Source: Eledone cirrhosa
Taxonomy: Eukaryota
Direction: 5' to 3'
Length of the DNA stretch: 64,000 nt
Assembly (NCBI GenBank): GCA_964016885.1
Contig: OZ024741.1
Span: 257,734,001-257,798,000, forward strand
Part shown: positions 37,201 through 52,200 of the stretch, in pieces
Position numbering within the stretch: the first letter of the stretch is position 1
How the letters are laid out: every line of letters begins with the position of its first letter
Made by a program: the position numbers and the translations under genes
The notes under the pieces: generated by a model
What the model saw: only the letters and a program-made list of their open reading frames with translations
Told to the model about the DNA's origin: nothing
The model's database searches: none

Positions 37201-40200
37201 TACGAGTGTTCCGACTTACAAGTGTTTCGGCTTACGAGTGTTTCGGCTTACGAGTGTTTCGACTTACGAGTGTTTCGACTTACGAGTGTTTCGACTTACG
37301 AGTGTTTCGACTTACGAGTGTTTTGACTTACGAGTGTTTTGACTTACTGGTGTTTTGACATACGAGTGTTTCGATACGAGTGTTTCGACTTACGAGTGTT
37401 CTGACTTACGAGTGTTCTGACCTACGAGTGTTCTGACTTACGGGTGTTCTGACTTACGTGTGTTCCGACTTACGAGTGTTTCGGCTATGGGTGTTTCGAC
37501 TTACGAGTGTTTCGACTTACGAATGTTTTGGCTTACGAGTGTTTCGGCTTACGAGTGTTTCGACTTACGAATGTTTTGGCTTACGAGTGTTTCGGCTTAC
37601 GGGTGTTTCGACTAATGAGTGTTTCGACTTACGAGTGTTTTGACTTACGAGTGTTCCGACTAACGAGTGTTTCGGCTCACCAGTGTTTCGGCTTACGAGT
37701 GTTTCGACTTACGAAAATAACAAATAGAAGCGGTTTCAAATCTCTATGCTTTTCAAATTCATTACATTAATCTTTATTTATACGCTTCGCTTTACGAGTG
37801 ATTCGACTTACGAGTGTTTCGACTTACGAGTGTTTCGACTTACGAGTGTTTCGACTTACGAGTGTTTTGACTTACGAGTGTTTCGACTTACGAGTGTTTT
37901 GACTTACGGGTGTTTCGACTTACGAGCGTTTCGACTTACGAGTGTTTCGATTTACGAGTGTTTCGGCTTACGAGTATTTCGGCTTACGGGTGTTTCGGCT
38001 TACGAGTGTTTCGGCTTACGAGTGTTTCGACTTACGAATGTTTTGACTTACGAGTGTTTCGGAGTTCGAGTGTTTCGACGTACGAGTGTTTCGACTTACG
38101 AGTGTTTTGCCTTACGAGTGTTTTGACTTACGGGTGTTTCGGCTTACGTGTGTTTCGACTTACGGGTGTTTCGACTTACGAATATTTTGAGTTACGGGTG
38201 TTTCGGCTTACGAGTGTTCTGACTTACGAGTGTTCTGACTTACGAGTGTTCTGACTTACGAGTGTTCTGACTTACGAGTGTTCTGACTTACGAGTGTTCT
38301 GACTTACTAGTGTTCCGACTTATGAGTGTTCCGACTTACGAGTGTTCCGACTTACGAGTGTTTCGGCTCACGAGTGTTTCGAATTACGAGTGTTTCGACT
38401 TACGAGTGTTCCGACTTACGGGTGTTTCGACTTACGAGTGTTTTGGCTTACGGTGTTTCGGCTTACGAGTGTTTCGAGTTAAGAGTGTTTTGACTTACGC
38501 GTGTTTTGACATACGAGTGTTCTGACTTACGAGTGTTCTGACTTACGAGTGTTCTGACTTACGAGTGTTCTGACTTACGAGTGTTCCGACTTTACGAGTG
38601 TTTCGGCTCACGAGTGTCTCGGCTTACGAGTGTTTCGACTTACGAGTGTTTCGACATACGAGTGTTTCGACTTACGAATGTTTTTGCTTACGGGTGTTTC
38701 GACTTACGAATGTTTTTGCTTACGAGTGTTTCGGTTTACGAGTGTTCCGACTTACGAGTGTTCCGACATACGAGTGTTTCGGCTTACGAGTGTTTCCGGC
38801 TTACGAGTGTTTCGACTTACGAGTGTTTCGACTTACGAGTGTTTTGACTTACGGTGTTTCGGCTTACGAGTGATTAGACTTACGAGTGTTTTGACTTACG
38901 GGTGTTTTGACTTACGAGTGTTCTGACTTACGAGTGTTCTGACTTACGAGTGTTCTTACTTACGAGTGTTCCGACTTACGAGTGTTCCGACTTACGAGTG
39001 TTCTGACTTACGAGTGTTCTGATTTACGGATATTTCGACACTTGAGTGTTTCGAATTACGAGTGTTTCGACTTACGAGTGTTTTGACTTACGGGTGTTTT
39101 GACATACGAGTGTTTCGATACGAGTGTTTCGACTTACGAGTGTTCTGACTTACGAGTGTTCTGATTTACGAGTGTTCTGACTTACGAGTGTTCTTACTTA
39201 CGAGTGTTCCGACTTACGAGTGTTCCGACTTACGAGTGTTTCGGCTTACGAGTGTTTCGGCTTAAGAGTGTTTCGACTTACGAATGTTTCGACTTACGAG
39301 TGTTCCGACTTACGGGTGTTTCGACTTACGAGTGTTTTGGCTTACGGTGTTTCGGCTCACGAGTGTTTCGAGTTACGAGTGTTTTGATTTACGCGTGTTT
39401 TGACATACGAGTGTTTCGATACGAGTGTTCTGACTTACGAGTGTTCTGACTTACGAGTGTTCCGACTTTACGAGTGTTTCGGCTCACGAGTGTTTCGGCT
39501 TACGAGTGTTTCGACTTACGAAAATAACAAATAGACGCGGTTTCAAATCTCTATGCTTTTCAAATTCATTACATTAATCTTTATTTATACGTTTCGCTTT
39601 ACGAGTGTTTCGACTTACGAGTGTTTCGACTTACGAGTGTTTCGACTTACGAGTGTTTCGGCTTACGAGTGTTTTGACTTACGAGTGTTCTGACTACGAG
39701 TGTTCTGACATACGAGTGTTTCGGCTTATGAGTGTTTCGACTTACGAGTGTTTCGGCTTATGAGTGTTTCGACTTACGAGTGTTTCGGCTTACGGGTGTT
39801 TCGACTTACGAGTGTTTCGACTTACGAGTGTTTCGACTTACGGGTGTTTCGACTTACGAGTGTTTCGACTACGAGTGTTTCGACTTACGAGTGTTTCGGC
39901 TTATGAGTGTTTCGACATACGGGTGTTTCGACTTACGGTGTTTCGGCTTACGAGTGTTTCGACTTACGAGTGTTCTTACTTACGAGTGTTCTGACTTATG
40001 AGTGTTCTGACTTACGAGTGTTCTAACTTACGAGTGTTCCGACTTACGAGTGTTTCGGCTTACGAGTGTTTCGGCTTACGAGTGTTTCGACTTACGAGTG
40101 TTTCGACTTACGAGTGTTTCGACTTACGAGTGTTTCGACTTACGAGTGTTTTGACTTACGAGTGTTTTGACTTACTGGTGTTTTGACATACGAGTGTTTC

Positions 40201-43200
40201 GATACGAGTGTTTCGACTTACGAGTGTTCTGACTTACGAGTGTTCTGACCTACGAGTGTTCTGACTTACGGGTGTTCTGACTTACGTGTGTTCCGACTTA
40301 CGAGTGTTTCGGCTATGGGTGTTTCGACTTACGAGTGTTTCGACTTACGAATGTTTTGGCTTACGAGTGTTTCGGCTTACGAGTGTTTCGACTTACGAAT
40401 GTTTTGGCTTACGAGTGTTTCGGCTTACGGGTGTTTCGACTAATGAGTGTTTCGACTTACGAGTGTTTTGACTTACGAGTGTTCCGACTAACGAGTGTTT
40501 CGGCTCACCAGTGTTTCGGGTTACGAGTGTTTCGACTTACGAAAATAACAAATAGAAGCGGTTTCAAATCTCTATGCTTTTCAAATTCATTACATTAATC
40601 TTTATTTATACGTTTCGCTTTACGAGTGATTCGACTTACGAGTGTTTCGACTTACGAGTGTTTCGACTTACGAGTGTTTCGACTTACGAGTGTTTTGACT
40701 TACGAGTGTTTCGACTTACGAGTGTTTTGACTTACGTGTGTTTCGACTTACGAGCGTTTCGACTTACGAGTGTTTCGATTTACGAGTGTTTCGGCTTACG
40801 AGTATTTCGGCTTACGGGTGTTTCGGCTTACGAGTGTTTCGGCTTACGAGTGTTTCGACTTACGAATGTTTTGACTTACGAGTGTTTCGGAGTTCGAGTG
40901 TTTCGACGTACGAGTGTTTCGACTTACGAGTGTTTTGCCTTACGAGTGTTTTGACTTACGGGTGTTTCGGCTTACGTGTGTTTCGACTTACGGGTGTTTC
41001 GACTTACGAATGTTTTGAGTTACGGGTGTTTCGGCTTACGAGTGTTCTGACTTACGAGTGTTCTGACTTACGAGTGTTCTGACTTACGAGTGTTCTGACT
41101 TACGAGTGTTCTGACTTACGAGTGTTCCGACTTATGAGTGTTCCGACTTACGAGTGTTTCGACTTACGAGTGTTTCGACATACGAGTGTTCTGACTTACG
41201 GATGTTCTGACTTACGAGTGTTCTGACTTACGAGTGTTCTGACTTACGAGTGTTCCGACTTACGAGTGTTTCGGCTCACGAGTGTTTCGGCTTACGAGTG
41301 TTTCGACTTACGAAAATAACAAATAGACGCGGTTTCAAATCTCTATGCTTTTCAAATTCATTACATTAATCTTTATTTACATGTTTCGACTTACGAGTGT
41401 TTCGACTTACGAGTGTTTCGACTTACGAGTGTTTCGACTTACGGGTGTTTCGACTTACGAGTGTTTCGACTTACGAGTGTTTTAACTTACGAGTGTTCTG
41501 ACTTACGAGTGTTCTGACTTACGAGTGTTTCGACTTACGAGTGTTCTGACTTACGAGTGTTCTGACTTACGAGTGTTCCGACTTACGAGTGTTTCGACTT
41601 ACGAGTGTTTCGACTTACGAGTGTTTCGACTTACGAGTGTTTCGGCTTACGAGTGTTTTGACTTACGAGTGTTCTGACTACGAGTGTTCCGACTTACGAG
41701 TGTTTCGGCTCACGAGTGTTTCGGCTTACGAGTGTTTCTAATTACGAAAATAACAAATAGACGCGGTTTCAAATCTCTATGCTTTTCAAGTTCATTACAT
41801 TAATCTTTATTTATACGTTTCGCTTTACGAATGTTTCGACTTACGAGTGTTTCGACTTACGAGTGTTTCGGCTTACGAGTGTTTTGATTTACGAGATTTT
41901 TGACTTACGCGTCTTTCAACTTACGCGTGTTTCGACTTACGAGTGCTCTGACTTACGAGTGTTCTGACTTCCGAGTGTTCCGACTTACGAGTGTTTCGAC
42001 TTACGAGTGTTTCGGCTTACATGTGTTTCGTCTTACGAGTGTTTCGGCTTACGAGTGTTCTGACTACGAGTGTTCTGACTTACGGGTGTTCTGACTTACG
42101 AGTGTTCCGATTTGCGAGTGTTTCGGCTTATGAGTGTTTCGACTTACGAGTGTTTCGGCTTACGATTGTTTCGACTTACGAATGTTTTTCCTTACGAGTG
42201 TTTCGACTTACGAGTGTTTTGATTTACGGTGTTTCGGCTTACGAGTGTTTCGACTTACGAATGTTTTGACTTACGGGTGTTTTGACATACGAGTGTTTCG
42301 ATACGAGTGTTCTGACTTACGAGTGTTTCGGCTTACGGGTGTTTCGACTTACGAGTGTTTCGACTTACGAGTGTTTCGATTTACGGGTGTTTCGACTTAC
42401 GAGTGTTTCGACTACGAGTGTTTCGACTTACGAGTGTTTCGGCTTACGAGTGTTTCGACATACGGGTGTTTCGACTTACGGTGTTTCGGCTTACGAGTGT
42501 TTCGACTTACGAGTGTTCTGACTTACGAGTGTTCTGACTTATGAGTGTTCTGACTTACGAGTGTTCTCACTTACGAGTGTTCCGACTTACGAGTGTTTCG
42601 GCTTACGAGTGTTTTGACTTACTGGTGTTTTGACATACGAGTGTTTCGATACGAGTGTTTCGACTTACGAGTATTCTGACTTACGAGTGTTCTGACCTAC
42701 GAGTGTTCTGACTTACGGGTGTTCTGACTTACGTGTGTTCCGACTTACGAGTGTTTCGGCTATGGGTGTTTCGACTTACGAGTGTTTCGACTTACGAATG
42801 TTTTGGCTTACGAGTGTTTCGGCTTACGAGTGTTTCGACTTACGAATGTTTTGGCTTACGAGTGTTTCGGCTTACGGGTGTTTCGACTAATGAGTGTTTC
42901 GACTTACGAGTGTTTTGACTTACGAGTGTTCCGACTAACGAGTGTTTCGGCTCACCAGTGTTTCGGCTTACGAGTGTTTCGACTGACGAAAATAACAAAT
43001 AGAAGCGGTTTCAAATCTCTATGCTTTTCAAATTCATTACATTAATCTTTATTTATACGTTTCGCTTTACGAGTGTTTCGACTTACGAGTGTTTCGACTT
43101 ACGAGTGTTTCGGCTTACGATTGTTTTGACTTACGAGTGTTTTGACTTACATGTGTTTCGACTTACGCGTGTTTCGACTTACGAGTGTTTCGACTTGCGA

Positions 43201-46200
43201 GTGTTTCGACTACGGGTGTTTCGACTTACGAATGTTTTGACTTACGGATGTTTTGACTTACGGGTGTTTCGGCTTACGAGTGTTTCGACTTACGAGTGTT
43301 CTGACTTACGAGTGTTCTGACTTACGAGTGTTTCGACTTAAGAGTGCTTCGGATTACGAGTGCTTCGACTTACGAGTGTTCTGACTACGAGTGTTCTGAC
43401 TTACGGGTGTTCTGACTTACGAGTGTTCCGACTTACGAGTGTTTCGGCTTTCGAGTGTTTCGACTTACGAGTGTTTCGGGTTACGAGTGTTTCGACTTAC
43501 GAATGTTTTCGCTTACGAGTGTTTCGGCTTACGAGTGTTTCGACTTACGAGTGTTTCGACTTACGAGTGTTTTGACTGACGGTTTTTCGGCTTGCGAGTG
43601 TTTCGACATACGAGTGTTTTGACTTACGGGCGTTTCGACTTACGGGTGTTTCGACTTACGAGTGTTTCGACTTACGAGTGTTCTGACTTACGAGTGTTCT
43701 GACTTGCGAGTGTTCCGACTTACGAGTGTTTCGGCTTACGAGTGTTTCGACATACGAATGTTTTGACTTACGGATGTTTCGACTTACGGGTGTTTCGACT
43801 TACGAGTGTTTCGACTTACGAGTGTTCTGACTACGAGTGTTCTGACTTACGGGTGCTCTGACTTACGAGTGTTTCGACTTACGAGTGTTTCGACTTACGA
43901 GTGTTTCGACTTACGGGTGTTTCGGCTTACGAGTGTTTCGACTTACGAGTGTTTTGACTTACGAATGTTTTGCCTTACGGGTGTTCCGGTTTACGAGTGT
44001 TTCGACTTACGAGTATTCTGACTTACGAGTGTTCCGACTTACGGGTGTTTCGACTTACGAGTGTTTCGACTTACGAGTGTTCCGACCTACGAGGGTTTCG
44101 GCTTACGGGTGTTCCGACTACGAGTATTTTCGGCTTACGAGTGTTTCGACTTACGAGTGTTTTGACTTACGGGTGTTTTGACATACGAGTGTTTCGATAC
44201 GAGTGTTCTGACTTACGAGTGTTCTGACTTACGAGTGTTCTGACTTACGAGTGTTCTGACTTACGAGTGTTCCGACTTACGAGTGTTTCGGCTCACGAGT
44301 GTTTCGGCTTACGAGTGTTTCTAATTACGAAAATAACAAATAGACGCGGTTTCAAATCTCTATGCTTTTCAAGTTCATTACATTAATCTTTATCTATACG
44401 TTTCGCTTTACGAATGTTTCGACTTACGAGTGTTTCGACTTACGAGTGTTTCGGCTTACGAGTGTTTTGACTTACGAGATTTTTGACTTACGCGTCTTTC
44501 GACTTACGCGTGTTTCGACTTACGAGTGCTCTGACTTACGAGTGTTCTGACTTACGAGTGTTCCGACTTACGAGTGTTTCGACTTACGAGTGTTTCGGCT
44601 TACATGTGTTTCGTCTTACGAGTGTTTCGGCTTACGAGTGTTTCGACTTACGAGTGTTCTGACTACGAGTGTTCTGACTTACGGGTGTTCTGACTTACGA
44701 GTGTTCCGACTTGCGAGTGTTTCGGCTTATGAGTGTTTCGACTTACGAGTGTTTCGGCTTACGAGTGTTTCGACTTACGAGTGTTTCGGCTTACGATTGT
44801 TTCGACTTACGAGTGTTTCGGCTCACGAGTGTTTCGACTTACGAGAGTTTCGACTTACGAGTGATTTTGCAATACGGGTGTTTCGGTTTACGAGTGTTTT
44901 GATTTACGGTGTTTCGGCTTACGAGTGTTTCGACTTACGAATGTTTTGACTTACGGGTGTTTTGACATACGAGTGTTTCGATACGAGTGTTCTGACTTAC
45001 GAGTGTTCTGACTTGCGAGTGTTCCGACTTACGAGTGTTTCGGCTTACGAGTGTTTCGACATACGAATGTTTTGACTTACGGGTGTTTCGACTTACGAGT
45101 GTTTCGACTTACGAGTGTTTCGGCTTACGAGTGTTTCGGCTTACGAGTGTTTCGGCTCACGAGTGTTTCGACTTACGAGAGTTTCGACTTACGAGTGATT
45201 TTGCAATACGGGTGTTTCGGTTTACGAGTGTTTCGACTTACGAGTGTTCCGACTTACGAGTGTTTCGACTTACGAGTGTTTTGACTTACGAGTGTTCCGA
45301 CCTACGAGCGTTTCGGCTTATGGGTGTTTCGATACAAGTGTTCTGACTTACGAGTGTTCTGACTTACGAGTGTTCTGACTTACGAGTGTTCTGACTTACG
45401 AGTGTTCTGACTTACGAGTGTTCTGACTTAAGAGTGTTCCGATTTACGAGTGTTTCGGCTTATGAGTGTTTCGACTTACGAATGTTTTTGCTTACCGGTG
45501 TTTCGACTTACGAATGTTTTTGCTTACGAGTGTTTCGGCTTACGAGTGATTCGACTTACGAGTGTTTTGACTTAAGGGTGTTTTGACTTACGGGTGTTGT
45601 GAATTACGAGTGTTCCGATTTACGAGTGTTTTGACTTACGGTGTTTCGGCTTACGAGTTATTCGACTTACGAGTGTTTCGGCTTATGAGTGTTTCGACTT
45701 ACTAATGTTTTTACTTACGAGTGTTTCGGCGTACGAGTGTTTTGACTTACGAGTGTTTCGACTTACGAGTGTTTTGACTTACGAATGTTTTGACTTACGG
45801 GTGTTTCGGCTTACGAGTGTTTCGACTTACGAGTGTTTCGGCTGGCGAGTGTTTCGACTTACGAATGTTTTGACTTAAGGGTGTTTCGACTTACGAGTGT
45901 TTCGACTTACGAGTGTTACGACTTACGAGTGTTTCGGCTTACGAGTGTTTTGACTTAAGGCTGTTTCGACTTACGAGTGTTTCGATAGGAGTGTTTCGAC
46001 TTACGAGTGTTCTGACTTACGAGTGTTCCGACTTACGAGTGTCTCGGCTTACGAGTGTTTCGGCTTACGAGTGTTTCGACTTACGAGTGTTTCGACTTAC
46101 GAGTGTTCCGACTTACGGGTGTTTCGACTTACGAGTGTTTTGGCTTACGGTGTTTCGACTTACGAGTGTTTCGGCTTACGAGTGTTTTGACTTAAGGGTG

Positions 46201-49200
46201 TTTCGACTTCCGAGTGTTTCGATACGAGTGTTTCGACTTACGATTGTTCTGACTTACGAGCGTTCTGACTTACGAGTGTTCCGACTTACGAGTGTTTCGG
46301 CTTACGAGTGTTTCGAATTACGAGTGTTTCGACTTACGAGTGTTCCGACTTACGGGTGTTTCGACTTACGAGTGTTTTGGCTTACGGTGTTTCGGCTTAC
46401 GAGTGTTTCGAGTTAAGAGTGTTTTGAATTACGCGTGTTTTGACATACGAGTGTTCTGACTTACGAGTGTTCTGACTTACGAGTGTTCTGACTTACGAGT
46501 GTTCTGACTTACGAGTGTTCCGACTTTACGAGTGTTTCGGCTCACGAGTGTTTCGGCTTACGAGTGTTTCGACTTACGAGTGTTTTCGACATACGAGTGT
46601 TTCGACTTACGAATGTTTTTGCTTACGGGTGTTTCGACTTACGAATGTTTTTGCTTACGAGTGTTTCGGTTTACGAGTGTTCCGACTTACGAGTGTTCCG
46701 ACATACGAGTGTTTCGGCTTACGAGTGTTTCCGGCTTACGAGTGTTTCGACTTACGAGTGTTTCGACTTACGAGTGTTTTGACTTACGGTGTTTCGGCTT
46801 ACGAGTGATTAGACTTACGAGTGTTTTGACTTACGGGTGTTTTGACTTACGAGTGTTCTGACTTACGAGTGTTCTGACTTACGAGTGTTCTTACTTACGA
46901 GTGTTCCGACTTACGAGTGTTCCGACTTACGAGTGTTCTGACTTACGAGTGTTCTGATTTACGGATATTTCGACACTTGAGTGTTTCGAATTACGAGTGT
47001 TTCGACTTACGAGTGTTTTGACTTACGGGTGTTTTGACATACGAGTGTTTCGATACGAGTGTTTCGACTTACGAGTGTTCTGACTTACGAGTGTTCTGAT
47101 TTACGAGTGTTCTGACTTACGAGTGTTCTTACTTACGAGTGTTCCGACTTACGAGTGTTCCGACTTACGAGTGTTTCGGTTTACGAGTGTTTCGGCTTAC
47201 GATTGTTTTGACTTACGAGTGTTTTGACTTACATGTGTTTCGACTGACGCGTGTTTCGACTTACGAGTGTTTCGATTTGCGAGTGTTTCGACTACGGGTG
47301 TTTCGACTTACGAATGTTTTGACTTACGGATGTTTTGACTTACGGGTGTTTCGGCTTACGAGTGTTTCGACTTACGAGTGTTCTGACTTACGAGTGTTCT
47401 GACTTACGAGTGTTTCGACTTAAGAGTGCTTCGGATTACGAGTGCTTCGACTTACGAGTGTTTCGGCTTACGAGTGTTTCGACTTACGAGTGTTCTGACT
47501 ACGAGTGTTCTGACTTACGGGTGTTCTGACTTACGAGTGTTCCGACTTACGAGTGTTTCGGCTTATGAGTGTTTCGACTTACGAGTGTTTCGGCTTTCGA
47601 GTGTTTCGACTTACGAGTGTTTCGGGTTACGAGTGTTTCGACTTACGAATGTTTTCGCTTACGAGTGTTTCGGCTTACGAGTGTTTCGACTTACGAGTGT
47701 TTCGACTTACGAGTGTTTTGACTTACGGTTTTTCGGCTTGCGAGTGTTTCGACATACGAGTGTTTTGACTTACGGGCGTTTCGACTTACGGGTGTTTCGA
47801 CTTACGAGTGTTTCGACTTACGAGTGTTCTGACTTACGAGTGTTCTGACTTGCGAGTGTTCCGACTTACGAGTGTTTCGGCTTACGAGTGTTTCGACATA
47901 CGAGTGTTTTGACTTACGGATGTTTCGACTTACGGGTGTTTCGACTTACGAGTGTTTCGACTTGCGAGTGTTCTGACTACGTGTGTTCTGACTTACGGGT
48001 GCTCTGACTTACGAGTGTTTCGACTTACGAGTGTTTCGACTTACGAGTGTTTTGACTTACGAGTGTTTCGACTTACGGGTGTTTCGGCTTACGAGTGTTT
48101 CGACTTACGAGTGTTTTGACTTACGAATGTTTTGCCTTACGGGTGTTCCGGTTTACGAGTGTTTCGACTTACGAGTGTTCTGACTACGTGTGTTCTGACT
48201 TACGGGTGCTCTGACTTACGAGTGTTTCGACTTACGAGTGTTTCGACTTACGAGTGTTTCGACTTACGGGTGTTTCGGCTTACGAGTGTTTCGACTTACG
48301 AGTGTTTCAACTTAAGGATGTTTCGACTTACGAGTGTTTCGACTTACGAGTGTTTCGACTTACGAGTGTTTCGACTTACGAGTGTTTTGGCTTACGAATG
48401 TTTTGACTTACGGGTGTTTCGACTTACGAGTGTTCCGACTTACGAGTGTTTCGGCTTACGAGTGTTTCGGCTTACGAGTGTTTCGGCTTACGAGTGTTTT
48501 GAATTACGAGTGTTCTGACTACGAGTGTTCTGACTTACTGGTGTTCTGACTTACGAGTGTTCCGACTTACGAGTGTTTCGGCTTATGAGTGTTTCGACTT
48601 ACGGGCGTTTCGACTTACGGGTGTTTCGACTTACGAGTGTTTTGACTTACGAGTGTTCTGACTTAGGAGTGTTCTGACTTACGAGTGTTCCGACTTACGA
48701 CTGTTTCGACTTACGAGTGTTTTGACTTACGAGTGTTCCGACTTACGAGTGTTTCGGCTTACGGGTGTTTCGACGTACGAGTATTTTTGGCTTACGAGTG
48801 TTTCGACTTACGAGTGTTTTGAATTACGATTGTTTCGGCTTACGAGTGTTTCGACTTACGAGTATTTCGACTTACGAGTGTTTTGACTTATGGGTGTTTT
48901 GCCATACGATTGTTTCGATACGAGTGCTCTGACTTACGAGTGATCTGACTTACGAGTGTTCTGACCTACGAGTGTTCTGACTTACGGGTGTTCTGACTTA
49001 CGTGTGTTCCGACTTACGAGTGTTTCGGCTATGGGTGTTTCGACTTACGAGTGTTTCGACTTACGAATGTTTTGGCTTACGAGTGTTTCGGCTTACGAGT
49101 GTTTCGACTTACGAAAGTTTTGGCTTACGAGTGTTTCGGCTTACGGGTGTTTCGACTAATGAGTGTTTCGACTTACGAGTGTTTTGACTTACGGGTGTTT

Positions 49201-52200
49201 CGGCTTACGAGTTATTCGACATACGAGTGTTTCGACTTACGGGTGTTTCGACTTACGGGTGTTTCGACTTACGAGTGTTTCAACTTAGGAGTGTTCTGAC
49301 TTACGAGTGTTCTGACTTACGAGTGTTCCGACTTACGAGTGTTTCGGTTTACGAGAGTTTCGACACACGAGTGTTTTGACTTACGGGGGTTTCGACTTAC
49401 GGGTGTTTCGACTTACGAGTGTTTCGGCTTACGAGTGTTTCGACTTACTAATGTTTTTACTTACGAGTGTTTCGGTGTACCAGTGTTTCGACTTAAGGAT
49501 GTTTCGACTTACGAGTGTTTCGACTTACGAGTGTTTCGGCTTGCGTGAGTTTCGACTTAATGGTGTTTTGAATTACGGGTGTTGTGAATTACGAGTGTTC
49601 CGATTTACGAGTGTTTTGACTTACGGTGTTTCGGCTTACAAGTGATTCGACTTATGAATGTTTTGACTTACGGGTGTTTCGGCTTGCGAGTGTTTCGACT
49701 TACGAGTGTTTCGGCTTATGAGTGTTTCGACTTACTAATGTTTTTACTTACGAGTGTTTCGGCGTACGAGTGTTTTGACTTACGAGTGTTTCGACTTACG
49801 AGTGTTTTGACTTACGGGTGTTTCGGCTTACGAGTGTTTCGACTTACGAGTGTTTCGGCTGGCGAGTGTTTCGACTTACGAGTGTTTTGACTTAAGGGTG
49901 TTTCGACTTACGAGTGTTTCGACTTACGAGTGTTTCGACTTACGAAAATAACAAATAGACGCGGTTTCAAATCTCTATGCTTTTCAAATTCATTACATTA
50001 ATCTTTATTTATACGTTTCGCTTTACGAGTGTTTCGACTTACGAGTGTTTTGACTTACGGGTGTTTTGACATACGAGTGTTTCGATACGAGTGTTTCGAC
50101 TTACGAGTGTTCTGACTTACGAGTGTTCTGATTTACGAGTGTTCTGACTTACGAGTGTTCTTACTTACGAGTGTTCCGACTTACGAGTGTTCCGACTTAC
50201 GAGTGTTTCGGTTTACGAGTGTTTCGGCTTACGATTGTTTTGACTTACGAGTGTTTTGACTTACATGTGTTTCGACTGACGCGTGTTTCGACTTACGAGT
50301 GTTTCGATTTGCGAGTGTTTCGACTACGGGTGTTTCGACTTACGAATGTTTTGACTTACGGATGTTTTGACTTACGGGTGTTTCGGCTTACGAGTGTTTC
50401 GACTTACGAGTGTTCTGACTTACGAGTGTTCTGACTTACGAGTGTTTCGACTTAAGAGTGCTTCGGATTACGAGTGCTTCGACTTACGAGTGTTTCGGCT
50501 TACGAGTGTTTCGACTTACGAGTGTTCTGACTACGAGTGTTCTGACTTACGGGTGTTCTGACTTACGAGTGTTCCGACTTACGAGTGTTTCGGCTTATGA
50601 GTGTTTCGACTTACGAGTGTTTCGGCTTTCGAGTGTTTCGACTTACGAGTGTTTCGGGTTACGAGTGTTTCGACTTACGAATGTTTTCGCTTACGAGTGT
50701 TTCGGCTTACGAGTGTTTCGACTTACGAGTGTTTCGACTTACGAGTGTTTTGACTTACGGTTTTTCGGCTTGCGAGTGTTTCGACATACGAGTGTTTTGA
50801 CTTACGGGCGTTTCGACTTACGGGTGTTTCGACTTACAAGTGTTTCGACTTACGAGTGTTCTGACTTACGAGTGTTCTGACTTGCGAGTGTTCCGACTTA
50901 CGAGTGTTTCGGCTTACGAGTGTTTCGACATACGAGTGTTTTGACTTACGGATGTTTCGACTTACGGGTGTTTCGACTTACGAGTGTTTCGACTTGCGAG
51001 TGTTCTGACTACGTGTGTTCTGACTTACGGGTGCTCTGACTTACGAGTGTTTCGACTTACGAGTGTTTCGACTTACGAGTGTTTTGACTTACGAGTGTTT
51101 CGACTTACGGGTGTTTCGGCTTACGAGTGTTTCGACTTACGAGTGTTTTGACTTACGAATGTTTTGCCTTACGGGTGTTCCGGTTTACGAGTGTTTCGAC
51201 TTACGAGTGTTCTGACTACGTGTGTTCTGACTTACGGGTGCTCTGACTTACGAGTGTTTCGACTTACGAGTGTTTCGACTTACGAGTGTTTCGACTTACG
51301 GGTGTTTCGGCTTACGAGTGTTTCGACTTACGAGTGTTTCAACTTAAGGATGTTTCGACTTACGAGTGTTTCGACTTACGAGTGTTTCGACTTACGAGTG
51401 TTTCGACTTACGAGTGTTTTGGCTTACGAATGTTTTGACTTACGGGTGTTTCGACTTAAGAGTGTTCCGACTTACGAGTGTTTCGGCTTACGAGTGTTTC
51501 GGCTTACGAGTGTTTCGGCTTACGAGTGTTTTGACTTACGAGTGTTCTGACTACGAGTGTTCTGACTTACTGGTGTTCTGACTTACGAGTGTTCCGACTT
51601 ACGAGTGTTTCGGCTTATGAGTGTTTCGACTTACGGGCGTTTCGACTTACGGGTGTTTCGACTTACGAGTGTTTTGACTTACGAGTGTTCTGACTTAGGA
51701 GTGTTCTGACTTACGAGTGTTCCGACTTACGACTGTTTCGACTTACGAGTGTTTTGACTTACGAGTGTTCCGACTTACGAGTGTTTCGGCTTACGGGTGT
51801 TTCGACGTACGAGTATTTTTGGCTTACGAGTGTTTCGACTTACGAGTGTTTTGAATTACGATTGTTTCGGCTTACGAGTGTTTCGACTTACGAGTATTTC
51901 GACTTACGAGTGTTTTGACTTATGGGTGTTTTGCCATACGATTGTTTCGATACGAGTGCTCTGACTTACGAGTGTTCTGACTTACGAGTGTTCTGACCTA
52001 CGAGTGTTCTGACTTACGGGTGTTCTGACTTACGTGTGTTCCGACTTACGAGTGTTTCGGCTATGGGTGTTTCGACTTACGAGTGTTTCGACTTACGAAT
52101 GTTTTGGCTTACGAGTGTTTCGGCTTACGAGTGTTTCGACTTACGAAAGTTTTGGCTTACGAGTGTTTCGGCTTATGGGTGTTTCGACTAATGAGTGTTT